60,186 bases of DNA from Bdellovibrionales bacterium (GTDB taxonomy: Bacteria > Bdellovibrionota > Bdellovibrionia > Bdellovibrionales > UBA1609): the NCBI GenBank assembly GCA_022450595.1, contig JAKUPT010000010.1:1-60186 (forward strand), read 5' to 3'. The notes under the pieces were generated by a model. The model did not search any database, was not told the DNA's origin, and saw only the letters and a list, made by a program, of their open reading frames with translations. Below, piece by piece: positions 7,569 through 16,906 of this stretch (position 1 is the stretch's first letter; every line of letters begins with the position of its first letter). The position numbers and the translations under genes were made by a program.

Positions 7569-10442
7569 TTATTGTCCAGATCTTAAGTCGGCTGCAAATG
7601 AATTAAGAGCTCCACCTAAAGTGATATAATCTGAATTTTTCTTACGAATAATATAGACTCCACCTGCATATGTGATTTCATCAACCATATCAAGCATGTG
7701 ATTATTTAGAGTTTCTTTAGATAAACTCTCTAAAACTTTCCCCCATGCTACAGTTGAACCATCCGATCGACGTGCAAAAAAGGACGAAGATGTTGGAATA
7801 ATATCCACTATATCCTCAGTCAGTTCACTTGAAACCGGGGATGAATCGGCTCCAAAATTACTATCCCCCCAAGTCACAACACTACCATTAGTTTTAAGAG
7901 CTGCAAAAGCATATAATGAGCCAAAAACCTTTTGCACCCCAGAACTTAGATCGACTCCACTTGAGTCTCCTCCGTAAGCACCATATCCCCAAGATTGCGC
8001 ACTGCCATCAGTTTTAAGGACAACAAAAGCATATTTATTACTAAACACCTTTTGCACTCCAGAGGTTAAGTCAACACCTGTGGAGTCACCACCGTAGGAA
8101 GCATTCCCCCAAGTTACGGCACTTCCATCTGATTTAAGAGCTACAAAAGCATATCCATTAGTAAAAACTTTTTGCACTCCTGAACTTAAATCAACCCCAC
8201 TAGAGTCTCCACCACGTGTGCTACTTCCCCAAGTCACAACGCTGCCGTCAGCTTTAAGTGCGGCAAAGGCCTCATATCCATTAATTATATTTTGCAGACC
8301 AGAACTTAAATCGATACCAGAGGAGTCACCACCCCTGTCGCTTCTTCCCCAAGTCACAGCACTTCCATCAGTTTTAAGTGCCGCAAAGGCATATGAAGAT
8401 TTGAAGATATTTTCAATTCCCGAGCTTAAATCAACAGCACTGGAATCTCCACCACGAGTTACATCACCCCAAGCTACAGCCTGTCCATCTTTATTGAGAG
8501 CTGCAAAAGCAAAATTATTTGAGGATATTGATTTAACATTATTTAAGTTCAAATCTGCACCTTCACTAAGGCCACCATTTCTTGGATCACCCCAAGTCAC
8601 GACACCACCATCTGTTTTTAGTGCGGCAAAGGCATATGTATTACTAAAAATATTTTGAACGTCATTGGATATATCTAATCCTGTTGAATCTGACCCATAA
8701 TCAGCACATCCCCAAGTTTCAATATTTCCATTATCTTTAAGTGCAGCAAAAGCGTACTTAGTGGTAAATATTTTTTGGATACCTGAACTTAGATCAGCAC
8801 CACTGGAATCACAAGTGTAGCCAAAATTACCCCAAGTTACTGCACTCCCATCTGACTTTAAGGCTGCAAAAGAATCCCATGTGCTAAAGACTTCAATAAC
8901 ACCAGAGCTTAAATCAACGCCACTGGAATCAGATCCACTAGTGTTTGAGCCCCATGTGACGACACTCCCGTCTGTTTTTAAAGCCGCAAAAGCTCCTTTA
9001 CTACTAAAAATTTTTTGCACCCCAGTACTTAAATCCACTCCGCTGGAATCTGCTCCAGCCCCGTCACGCCCCCAAGTTACTGCACTACCGTCAGCTTTAA
9101 GTGCCGCAAAAGCTCTGGAAGTGCTGGTTATACTTACAACATTGCTACTTAAATCTACACCACTGGAGTCGCCACCATCGCCATCTTGCCCCCAAGTTAC
9201 GGCACTCCCATCTGATTTTATAGCTGCAAATACATAAGAATTGGCTATAACATCAACTACGCCTCCACTTAAATCCACTCCACTGGAATCGCCACCACTT
9301 AGATTACTACCCCAAGTAACAACACTGCCATCAGTTTTAAGGGCGGCAAAGGCACTATCGGTATTGAAAATGTTTTGTACATTTGAACTCAAATCAACAC
9401 CACTAGAGTCACCACCATTATTTGCATAACCCCAGGTAACAACACTGCCATCATCTTTGAGTGCTGCAAAAGCTCCATAGTTACCAAAAACTTTTATCAC
9501 ATCCGAGTCTATATTAACGCTACTAGAGTCACCTCCGTAGAAATCACTTCCCCAAGTAACTACACTGCCATCTTCTTTGAGTGCAGCAAAAGCGTGATAA
9601 TTATTAAATATATTTACCACTCCCGAGCTTAAATCAACCCCACTAGAGTCCCCGCCATAGCCAGCATCGCCCCAGGTAACTACACTGCCATCAGTTTTCA
9701 AAGCTGCAAAGGCTTTATCTGTAGCAAAAATTTTTACTGTGCTTTTGGCCTTCCTAAATTCATATGTCAACTTAGTATCAATACATGGTAGACTTACTCC
9801 ATTAGTAGTGGCCTTTAGATAAAACTTATAATGGCCCTCTGTCGAAATTTGACTTTCAATATCTCTAAAATCTTGTATGCTCTCAATAGATTTCTCTGCA
9901 ATTTTTTGACTACAACTGGAATCTTTGTAAACAGAGACAGTATCCCCCATATTTAAAAAATCTGTAAAGAGTATTCTAGGAGAGCTGTCTCCAGTTATGT
10001 ATTTTGAACTTATACCCAGACTGAATCCAGGCAGTTTTTTGATATAGGCTTTAAAAATTTTTTCTTCTTCTTTAACTTCGCCTTTAACAGTGGCATTAAT
10101 AATAACTTTAAATTCATAATCTCCAAACTGAGCTTTATCAGGACTCCAACTTAAGTCTCCAGAAGAAGAGTTAAAAAACAAATTATTTATATCACTACAA
10201 GGCTGAGTTTTGCTCACGGAATTATCTAATGTTAGATCATAAAAACATTTGAAGGTGTATTCTAGTTTTGATTTTGAAAGTTTATTTTGACTGCTAATAG
10301 TGACAGGATTATCCAATTCTGCAAAGTAGGCAAAATCGTTGTATTTAGTTAGCGCCAAACTTAAGTTAACCTCATTGCTATTGAAAACAGCCGTGCAGGA
10401 AATATTTAAAAATGATAAAGCTAAAATCAAACGTACAGACAT
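7569..10442 (-). CDS. Beta-propeller repeat lipoprotein (about 17 x 40-aa AFAALKxDGSVVTWG repeats, RCC1/BLIP-II superfamily-like)
   Basis: Repeats visible in the translation; lipobox NISC. Start moved from 10469 to ATG 10442 because a sigma28-like promoter overlaps the upstream codons. Confidence 0.82.
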   Translation of the reverse strand: MSVRLILALSFLNISCTAVFNSNEVNLSLALTKYNDFAYFAELDNPVTISSQNKLSKSKLEYTFKCFYDLTLDNSVSKTQPCSDINNLFFNSSSGDLSWSPDKAQFGDYEFKVIINATVKGEVKEEEKIFKAYIKKLPGFSLGISSKYITGDSSPRILFTDFLNMGDTVSVYKDSSCSQKIAEKSIESIQDFRDIESQISTEGHYKFYLKATTNGVSLPCIDTKLTYEFRKAKSTVKIFATDKAFAALKTDGSVVTWGDAGYGGDSSGVDLSSGVVNIFNNYHAFAALKEDGSVVTWGSDFYGGDSSSVNIDSDVIKVFGNYGAFAALKDDGSVVTWGYANNGGDSSGVDLSSNVQNIFNTDSAFAALKTDGSVVTWGSNLSGGDSSGVDLSGGVVDVIANSYVFAAIKSDGSAVTWGQDGDGGDSSGVDLSSNVVSITSTSRAFAALKADGSAVTWGRDGAGADSSGVDLSTGVQKIFSSKGAFAALKTDGSVVTWGSNTSGSDSSGVDLSSGVIEVFSTWDSFAALKSDGSAVTWGNFGYTCDSSGADLSSGIQKIFTTKYAFAALKDNGNIETWGCADYGSDSTGLDISNDVQNIFSNTYAFAALKTDGGVVTWGDPRNGGLSEGADLNLNNVKSISSNNFAFAALNKDGQAVAWGDVTRGGDSSAVDLSSGIENIFKSSYAFAALKTDGSAVTWGRSDRGGDSSGIDLSSGLQNIINGYEAFAALKADGSVVTWGSSTRGGDSSGVDLSSGVQKVFTNGYAFVALKSDGSAVTWGNASYGGDSTGVDLTSGVQKVFSNKYAFVVLKTDGSAQSWGYGAYGGDSSGVDLSSGVQKVFGSLYAFAALKTNGSVVTWGDSNFGADSSPVSSELTEDIVDIIPTSSSFFARRSDGSTVAWGKVLESLSKETLNNHMLDMVDEITYAGGVYIIRKKNSDYITLGGALNSFAADLRSGQ

Positions 10443-10448
10443 AGGTAC

Positions 10449-10476
10449 TATTCGTCTATTTGCAAGCAATACTTAA
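10449..10476 (-). promoter_or_regulatory. sigma28-like promoter
   Basis: TTAA-N16-GACGAATA. Confidence 0.45.
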
Positions 10477-10552
10477 GGTAAGTTTCTTGTTTTGATACGC
10501 TTTTTTACAGAAAACAGTTAGATCTGATTGTATTTAAATTCAAAGCAATGTT

Positions 10553-11035
10553 TTAAACCTTTAAAGACAGAGTCATCACAAAATCAGCCACAACCTCATC
10601 ACCAAGCTTATCTGGCACAAAGGCATGCACTTTCACATCAAGGTTTTGCCTCTCTTTTGTGGCTTTTGCCACCTCAAGAGCTTTTAAAATTTCAGGGCCC
10701 TGTTTGCAAACAAAGATGGTGTCGCCCTCGGCGCGTTTATAGAAATTGGCTTTCATGGCTTTAAAAGCCAGGCCTTTAGTTTTTCCCATCTTTAAAAGAG
10801 TCTGCATGGCAAGAAGACCTGCGGCACTGTCAGCTCCGGCTGCAAGGACTGCGAAATACATCGAGTTTAAGTGGTTTTTGGTTTTTCGATTAAGAGGAAT
10901 TTTAATTTTACACACATCAGGACTTAGCTCAACCACACTGGGGGAGACATAAGATAACACAGGAATTTTCCAAAACCCAAAAGCCCTAAGAAGTGCTGTT
11001 TGACCTAATGTTTTTAACTTACCAGATTCAATCAT
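10553..11035 (-). CDS. Hotdog-fold thioesterase-like protein (DUF4442/PaaI-like)
   Basis: IPLNRKTKNHLNSMYF..GAD and F-x-KRAEGD..FVC motifs. Confidence 0.8.
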   Translation of the reverse strand: MIESGKLKTLGQTALLRAFGFWKIPVLSYVSPSVVELSPDVCKIKIPLNRKTKNHLNSMYFAVLAAGADSAAGLLAMQTLLKMGKTKGLAFKAMKANFYKRAEGDTIFVCKQGPEILKALEVAKATKERQNLDVKVHAFVPDKLGDEVVADFVMTLSLKV

Positions 11036-11068
11036 ATTACTCCTCCTAAGGCTAATATAGCTTTATTT

Positions 11069-11125
11069 TGTCTCAAATTGAAACAAAAACTCTGGGCTAA
11101 AGTCGTTTCATTTTTGTACCGATAT
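11069..11125 (+). promoter_or_regulatory. 17-bp palindrome plus sigma28-like promoter
   Basis: TGTCTCAAATTGAAACA (11069-11085) followed by TAAA-N16-ACCGATAT (11098-11125). Confidence 0.6.
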
Positions 11126-11132
11126 ATGGTTT

Positions 11133-12089
11133 ATGGATAAAAAAGACCAACAAATTAAATTTTTGATTACCACATTGGCGTTATTTATACTGCCATTAGC
11201 TTTTTTTCAAAACTGCGCAAAGTCAGATGCGGTTTCTCAGCTTAAATCCAGTGCTGGTACCTTATCCGGTGACTTAAGCTCTGGAAGTGTAATCACAAGT
11301 CAGCCACCGGCCGAGCAGGTGATCACACTTGGAGGCTCGACCACTTTGAGTGTCTCGGTTTTAACTGATGAGAGTGTTCAATACCAGTGGTACAAAGATC
11401 AAAACCCGATCTCTCAAGCCCAAAGTTATGAGTTAACTTTAAGTGATTTAAAACAAAGTGACTCTGGTGAGTACTATGTTGAAGTAAAAACTCCTACAAA
11501 AACCTTTAAGTCTAATGTTTCTAAACTAATAGTTACCACCTCTGAGTCTGGAAACTATGTCTCTGCACCGCCAAAAGATATAGAGATTGCAATGAATCAA
11601 ACAGGCCTTCTAACAAGCACTGTTGCAGGCAAGTCTCCTAACTATGTTGTGTGGTACAAAGATGGAGAGGTCATTGCTGAGACCAACCCTTTTTATGTGT
11701 ATCAAGGCAGTGGCAACACCTATAGTTTAAAAGTGCTGGCTGTGAGCCTAAACATTCAAGGCGATTATAGAGTTGAGTATATTTATGATGACGAACAAAT
11801 CGTGAGTCAAACAGCAAAGGTGACCATTAAACCTCTTGTGGGAATCACTCTTGATGATGGTAACTTTGCACGCATTTGGGCGCAACCAGGACACGAACAA
11901 GAAAACTTGAAGGCATACTGCTTAGCCACAGCTAACACGTCTGTGGTGGTCTCATCGACAGTATCAAGCCCCACCTTCTCTCAATATGTGGCTTATGATG
12001 GCAATGAGGATGGTGATGGTCAGTTCAGAATTTTTTCTGCAGGAATGAATGGCGCGCAATTTTACGACAGCATTGTTTGTGGAAATTAA
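11133..12089 (+). CDS. Immunoglobulin (I-set-like) domain lipoprotein
   Basis: FFQNC lipobox; two Ig-like modules (YQWYKD...DSGEYYV and WYKDG...GDYRV). Confidence 0.8.
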   Translation: MDKKDQQIKFLITTLALFILPLAFFQNCAKSDAVSQLKSSAGTLSGDLSSGSVITSQPPAEQVITLGGSTTLSVSVLTDESVQYQWYKDQNPISQAQSYELTLSDLKQSDSGEYYVEVKTPTKTFKSNVSKLIVTTSESGNYVSAPPKDIEIAMNQTGLLTSTVAGKSPNYVVWYKDGEVIAETNPFYVYQGSGNTYSLKVLAVSLNIQGDYRVEYIYDDEQIVSQTAKVTIKPLVGITLDDGNFARIWAQPGHEQENLKAYCLATANTSVVVSSTVSSPTFSQYVAYDGNEDGDGQFRIFSAGMNGAQFYDSIVCGN

Positions 12090-12604
12090 ACTTGTAAAAA
12101 GCTGTGAACTGGCTTGGTGAGTTTGTCTTTACCCTTCAAAGCGCTTATCTGCATTAAAAAATAAGAGCCTAAAACATCAGCCCCCATTTTTAAGCATAGA
12201 CTTTCAGCGGCTTGTGCTGTGCCGCCAGTGGCAAGTATATCATCGATAATGACCACTTTGTCATTTTTAGCAATCGAGCTTGTATGGATTTGAAGTTCAT
12301 CTTCTCCGTACTCTAAACTATATGTTTGAGATTGGGTTTGCCTTGGCAGTTTGCCAGGTTTTCTGGCTAATACCAAACCTACATTTAAGTGCTGAGCAAT
12401 GGCAGCTCCCAATAAAAAGCCGCGGGATTCAATACCGATGAGTTTTGTTGTGTCTTCTGGGATAGCTCTCGCAAAATGCCTAACTAAAGAAACAAAACAC
12501 ACATGGTTTTCAAATATGGGCGTGATGTCTTTAAAGACGATGCCTTTTTTTGGAAAATCAGGCACATCTATAATAAACTCTTCAATTTGTTTTAAATCAA
12601 TCAC
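12086..12604 (-). CDS. apt: Adenine phosphoribosyltransferase
   Basis: PDFPKKGIVFKDITP, ESRGF, RKPGKLP, LEYG and the VIIDDILATGGT PRPP motif. Confidence 0.97.
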   Translation of the reverse strand: MIDLKQIEEFIIDVPDFPKKGIVFKDITPIFENHVCFVSLVRHFARAIPEDTTKLIGIESRGFLLGAAIAQHLNVGLVLARKPGKLPRQTQSQTYSLEYGEDELQIHTSSIAKNDKVVIIDDILATGGTAQAAESLCLKMGADVLGSYFLMQISALKGKDKLTKPVHSFLQV

Positions 12605-12966
12605 TTAGCAAAACTCCACTCTTTAAAGCCAAGTTTTTTAGCTAACTCTAAGTCTTTTTTTGCAATCTCATAAACATTGGCCATGCCGGTGGGAGCGCCA
12701 CAGTTCATTGTGCGCATCAGGCCGTCGTTTCTTTTTTCCATTTTGTAAATCAGGAGTTCTTCCAGTTCAGACTTCATTTCACCAAGACTGATCACCTCTC
12801 CAAGGCCACACTGACGGCTTCCATCGTATTTATACACCCAAACCGTTTCTACATTTGCAGCCTTTGTGTCTTCATTTCCCATATCGGGCTTACGATTGCA
12901 ATTGCCCTGGGTACATCCAACAATAAATATAAAAAATAGTGAAAAAATTAATTTCATAAACATCAT
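12601..12966 (-). CDS. Hypothetical lipoprotein
   Basis: IVGC lipobox; YKYDGSRQC...CGAPTG. Start probably at ATG 12966, overlapping the bamB stop (ATGA). Confidence 0.7.
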   Translation of the reverse strand: MMFMKLIFSLFFIFIVGCTQGNCNRKPDMGNEDTKAANVETVWVYKYDGSRQCGLGEVISLGEMKSELEELLIYKMEKRNDGLMRTMNCGAPTGMANVYEIAKKDLELAKKLGFKEWSFAK

Positions 12967-14081
12967 CTGACTAGTTTTAGGTTCCATAAAATAGCGTCTC
13001 TTGAGATAAAGTAAACATGACCTTGATCTGTGACATTCACTGGGGCGGACACACCAAATCCTGTTGTGTATGTGGCAAGCTTGCGCCCAGTGTGGGCCTC
13101 TAAGGCCACCACATCCGCATCGCTTTCAGTAAACACAATCATGCCTTTGTGAAATACTGGAGTGGAAGCAATGCCTTTTTTGACCTTGTACTCCCATTTT
13201 ATATCACCAGTCTCAGGGCTTACAGCTACCACTTTAGAGTCTGAGGTTGAAACAAAAAGCAAATCTTTATTAAAACCCACTGTAGAAGGGCCACCTACAT
13301 CTACCTTCCAGATCACTTGCCCATTATTGGGGTTGAGTTTGTAAAGGTGACCGTCGTAGTTGGGCAGATATAAAGAGCCCCCTAATAGCAGAGGCTTTGC
13401 GTCCACATCATTGTACTTTAAGCTCGTTGCTAAGTTTTGCTCCCAGATCACAGCCCCTGTGAGCGCATTAAAAGCCATAGCGGCACCATCACTAAAGCCC
13501 ACATAGAGTTTACCGTTTAAAATAGCAGGCTTTGAAGCACCTCTAATGGTAAGCTCTGAGCTTTCAGTTCTTGAGTAGATCCAGCGTTGCTGACCATTAA
13601 AACGATCAAGAGCAATAAGCACATTATTGCCAGTTAAAAAATAAACATTTTGACCAGAAACAATCGGAGCCCCTAAGCCTTCAAAACGAATAGGAGCAGA
13701 CCATTTAGTCTTTCCTGTGTGAATGTCAACGGCGTAGAAAAAGCCATCGTTAGCAGAAAAGTAAAGTATGTTTTTAACAGCCGTTGCTGTAGACTCTACC
13801 CCACCTTTGATGTATTTGCTCCAAATAAGTGTGCCTGTGGTTTTATCAAAGGCTGTAATGCTATCAATAGCATTGCCAATAAACACATACTCATCATGAA
13901 TTAAAGCTTTTGCTTGTTGAAATTTTTTAGAACTTAAGTTGTTAGAGAGCTTGGTGTCTTTCGCCCAAACTCTAGAGAACTTTAACTTTTCTCTTTTTTG
14001 ACAAACTCCAGACTCACAGTTGAGCTTTAAGCTTTGACATCCTAGTGCAAAAAGTATTGTGCCGTACAAAAGTAGCTTCAC
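12963..14081 (-). CDS. bamB: Outer-membrane assembly lipoprotein BamB-like (PQQ-type beta-propeller)
   Basis: ALGC lipobox; repeated A-x-D-x-x-TG-x-x-x-W motifs; directly downstream of a YfgM-like TPR gene, as in the conserved yfgM-bamB order. Confidence 0.78.
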   Translation of the reverse strand: MKLLLYGTILFALGCQSLKLNCESGVCQKREKLKFSRVWAKDTKLSNNLSSKKFQQAKALIHDEYVFIGNAIDSITAFDKTTGTLIWSKYIKGGVESTATAVKNILYFSANDGFFYAVDIHTGKTKWSAPIRFEGLGAPIVSGQNVYFLTGNNVLIALDRFNGQQRWIYSRTESSELTIRGASKPAILNGKLYVGFSDGAAMAFNALTGAVIWEQNLATSLKYNDVDAKPLLLGGSLYLPNYDGHLYKLNPNNGQVIWKVDVGGPSTVGFNKDLLFVSTSDSKVVAVSPETGDIKWEYKVKKGIASTPVFHKGMIVFTESDADVVALEAHTGRKLATYTTGFGVSAPVNVTDQGHVYFISRDAILWNLKLVR

Positions 14082-14094
14082 AAAAAATCCTAAC

Positions 14095-14826
14095 TTAGTT
14101 GTTAATTAATAATACTTTTAAATATTTTTTGGCAGAGGCTCCATACTCAGAATCTGGATACTCTTGAGAGGCCTGCGTAAAAACAGCTTTAGCCTGATCA
14201 AGTTGGTTCATGGCTTGATAGCAAAGTCCTTTTTTAATTAAAGCCTCGCCTTTTAAAAAGCTGACCTGATCTAACTTCTCAACCTTTTCAAAGTTCGCAG
14301 CGGCTTTTTCATAGTTTTCTGACTCCATTTGTAGAGAGCCTAGTTGCAATAATCCCATTGCGTATGGCATCGACTCCTTGTTTAAGCCCTCAAGTTTTTG
14401 CTCAGAAAGCTCAATGGCTTTTTGAATAAAGCCGTTGTCCTTTAAAATATAAACCATATCTAATAGGGCAAAGCCTGCTTGTGGTGTGCCGCTATGAACT
14501 TTATAGACTTCATCAAATTTTGCCAATAACTGACTGGCTTGTTCTTCTGTTAGTTTTTTAGGCTCGGGGGCTTGCGCCTCCTGTTCAACATCAGCCTTTG
14601 GGGCCTCGGGCTTTACCATGGCTTCGTATTGTTTTTCAATGGTATAAAAAGCGTTTGCAGCCTCTTTGTTGGCTTCAGTCTTTATATTGTTAAAAACTCC
14701 ATACCCAATAAGAATAGCTATAAAAGCAAATAAGCCACCTAAAAGTGAGTTCTTATTTTTAACAATAAAGTCTAAGATCTTTTCCGAGCTGATGTTGTTA
14801 TTTTTTGAATCTTTGTTGCTAGTCAC
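14095..14826 (-). CDS. YfgM-like TPR membrane protein
   Basis: N-terminal TM helix, C-terminal TPR-like helices ending in YPDS; adjacent to bamB. Confidence 0.72.
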   Translation of the reverse strand: MTSNKDSKNNNISSEKILDFIVKNKNSLLGGLFAFIAILIGYGVFNNIKTEANKEAANAFYTIEKQYEAMVKPEAPKADVEQEAQAPEPKKLTEEQASQLLAKFDEVYKVHSGTPQAGFALLDMVYILKDNGFIQKAIELSEQKLEGLNKESMPYAMGLLQLGSLQMESENYEKAAANFEKVEKLDQVSFLKGEALIKKGLCYQAMNQLDQAKAVFTQASQEYPDSEYGASAKKYLKVLLINN

Positions 14827-14842
14827 TACTTATATCCTTTGT

Positions 14843-15958
14843 TTACTTTTGACGGTTTGTCATTTCTTTTAAAGTTGAAAATGGACGAGACATACGACCT
14901 TGATGGTGTTGGCGAAGCCCACCGATGTCAGTCAGTCGTCGCTCAGCAAGAACATTGGCTGCCGCTTCAGTTGTGATGTCTTGATCTTTTGCAATCTCAT
15001 AAACTTTTATTAGGTTGTCATAAACTTGCGTGGTTTTAGTTTTTGCACGTTCTGCAGAGTAACCTTCAAGCTCAACAAAGACGTTCATAAGTCCGCCGGC
15101 ATTAATCACATAATCTGGAGCATACAAAATCCCCATCTCTTTTAAAGCACCACCATGACGAGGTTCGGCCAGTTGGTTGTTAGCTCCACCGGCCACCATT
15201 TTACACTTTAAACCTTCAATAGTTTGATCGTTAATAACTGCACCTAGTGCACAAGGGGCAAAAACATCGCATTCAGAGGTTACAATACCCACAGGGTCTT
15301 TAATGTCTGCACCATACTGGTCGGCGTAGCGTTTTACTTTTTCTTTGTCTATATCGGCAATGCTGATTTTAGCTCCCTCTTGGTGTAAAAACTCAACGAG
15401 GTTTGAACCAACATTTCCAAGTCCTTGAACGGCAACGTGCACGTCTTTTAATGAATCTGTGCCAAGCTTATGTTTTACAGTGGCTTTAATGCCCATTAAA
15501 GTTCCATGGGCTGTGTAGGGGCTTGGATCGCCTGAGCCGCCAAACTCTTTTGGAATGCCCGTGACATAGGGAGTTTCCATAAAAATGTACTCCATATCTC
15601 TTACTGTTGTGCCAACATCTTCTGCTGTTATATATAGACCTTGAAGTGAGTTCACGTAGGCGCCAAAAGCTCTAAACATGGCCTCTGTTTTTTTAGTTTT
15701 TGGATCACCGATAATCACAGCTTTTCCGCCACCAAGGTTCAATCCAGCAGCTGCAGCTTTATAAGTCATGCCTTTGGAAAGCCTTAATACATCCACTAAT
15801 GCTTCTTCATCAGATTTGTAGTCCCACATTCTTGTACCACCAAGTGCTGGACCTAATGTGGTGTTATGGATTGCGATAATTGCTTTTAAACCAACATCTT
15901 TATTGCGAATAAATACAACTTCTTCGTGCTCGCCGTGCTTGTCGATAATTTCAAACAT
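14843..15958 (-). CDS. Leu/Val/Phe dehydrogenase (Glu/Leu/Phe/Val dehydrogenase family)
   Basis: GPALGGTR, GMTYK, GGGKAVI, TAEDVG, GDPSP, QGLGNVG, GGANNQL and PDYVINAGG motifs. Confidence 0.95.
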   Translation of the reverse strand: MFEIIDKHGEHEEVVFIRNKDVGLKAIIAIHNTTLGPALGGTRMWDYKSDEEALVDVLRLSKGMTYKAAAAGLNLGGGKAVIIGDPKTKKTEAMFRAFGAYVNSLQGLYITAEDVGTTVRDMEYIFMETPYVTGIPKEFGGSGDPSPYTAHGTLMGIKATVKHKLGTDSLKDVHVAVQGLGNVGSNLVEFLHQEGAKISIADIDKEKVKRYADQYGADIKDPVGIVTSECDVFAPCALGAVINDQTIEGLKCKMVAGGANNQLAEPRHGGALKEMGILYAPDYVINAGGLMNVFVELEGYSAERAKTKTTQVYDNLIKVYEIAKDQDITTEAAANVLAERRLTDIGGLRQHHQGRMSRPFSTLKEMTNRQK

Positions 15959-16087
15959 TGATTCCTCCCCGGTTATATCCCGGTTTAATTTAAAAAAATT
16001 CCATAGTCCTAGGGGAGAATAGAAAAAGAGTTCAGGGCAATCAAGTAAAAACTACCGCATTATAATGTAAGTGATGAAAATTCCAAC

Positions 16088-16522
16088 CTAAAAACAAAAT
16101 AATAAAGAGGCTATTTTTAATGGGAGTTTGTTGCTGTCTTGTTGTTTGATTTTCCTTTCAAAGCTTTCAAAGTTTTGATTTGAGAGGTTTTTAATCCTCT
16201 CAATTTCACTTTTAAGCATTAAAAGCTCATTAGAGCGGCTTGAAAAGCCAAATCTATTTTGCGGGTGCCATTCAGGGTGTTTTTCAATTAAAGCCAAATA
16301 CCATTGAAGACTTCTATAAATATAAGGCGGGACATCCCCTTCTTTTTGCCAACGAGTCAGACTTGAGGGGTCAACTAGTAGTAATTGGGCTAATTGGCGC
16401 TTTGAGAGCCCTAAATCCCCCCTTATTTGATCAATATTACCCACTTTTTTCTCAATAACTGAAGCCTCAGCCTCATATTGCATCTTTAAACTAGATTTTG
16501 ATTTCAAAGACTCTGTTTGCAT
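16088..16522 (-). CDS. XRE-like helix-turn-helix protein with coiled coil and C-terminal hydrophobic tail (possibly truncated by a premature TAG)
   Basis: IRGDLGLSKRQLAQLLLVDPSSLTRW HTH motif. The hydrophobic segment continues in frame past the TAG to 16052. Confidence 0.75.
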   Translation of the reverse strand: MQTESLKSKSSLKMQYEAEASVIEKKVGNIDQIRGDLGLSKRQLAQLLLVDPSSLTRWQKEGDVPPYIYRSLQWYLALIEKHPEWHPQNRFGFSSRSNELLMLKSEIERIKNLSNQNFESFERKIKQQDSNKLPLKIASLLFCF

Positions 16523-16620
16523 AAAAATCCCCTTTTAATAGGTCTAATTTACTTCAGGCGATATCAGGGAGCCTCCATTTAACTTCTGCGTTGCGCAAAA
16601 AATCTTAGCTCTTTTATATA

Positions 16621-16675
16621 TTGATTTAATCATTTTTATATTGAAATAATCAACATATATACTTGATTATATCAT
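16621..16675. promoter_or_regulatory. Three tandem 13-bp palindromes (TTGAT-N3-ATCAA-like), probable operator array
   Basis: TTGATTTAATCAT (16621), TTGAAATAATCAA (16641) and TTGATTATATCAT (16663). Confidence 0.5.
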
Positions 16676-16906
16676 TTTATGTTGCGCATCGTATAATTGT
16701 TAGGATTATAAGTATTTAAAATCATTCAACTTTTCCAGAAAGTGAGCTCCCACACCCTTATTTTCAAAATAAACTGTGACTTATAGTTATAAGTTATAGT
16801 ATTAAATATATGTAATTACTGCATTTATTTATGAGTACAATTGATGCCTTAAGATGGAGCTCAATATTTATGCGGTGCATGCAAAAATAAAATATCACTC
16901 GCGAGG

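Noticed and set aside
8218-9429. Antisense ORFs within the 40-aa repeat gene, and similar short overlapping ORFs inside other long genes
   Set aside because: These are shadow frames produced by repeats and codon bias; they have no RBS or recognisable motifs.
1709-10442. Diversity-generating retroelement acting on the propeller repeats
   Set aside because: No reverse transcriptase or TR/VR pair was seen, and repeat differences are not restricted to adenines.
16621-16675. FNR boxes
   Set aside because: The spacer is N3 in all three copies, whereas FNR/CRP sites need TTGAT-N4-ATCAA.
16681-16708. dif site next to the tyrosine recombinase
   Set aside because: GTTGCGCATCG resembles a XerC arm, but no TTATGTTAAAT-like XerD arm follows at 6-bp spacing.
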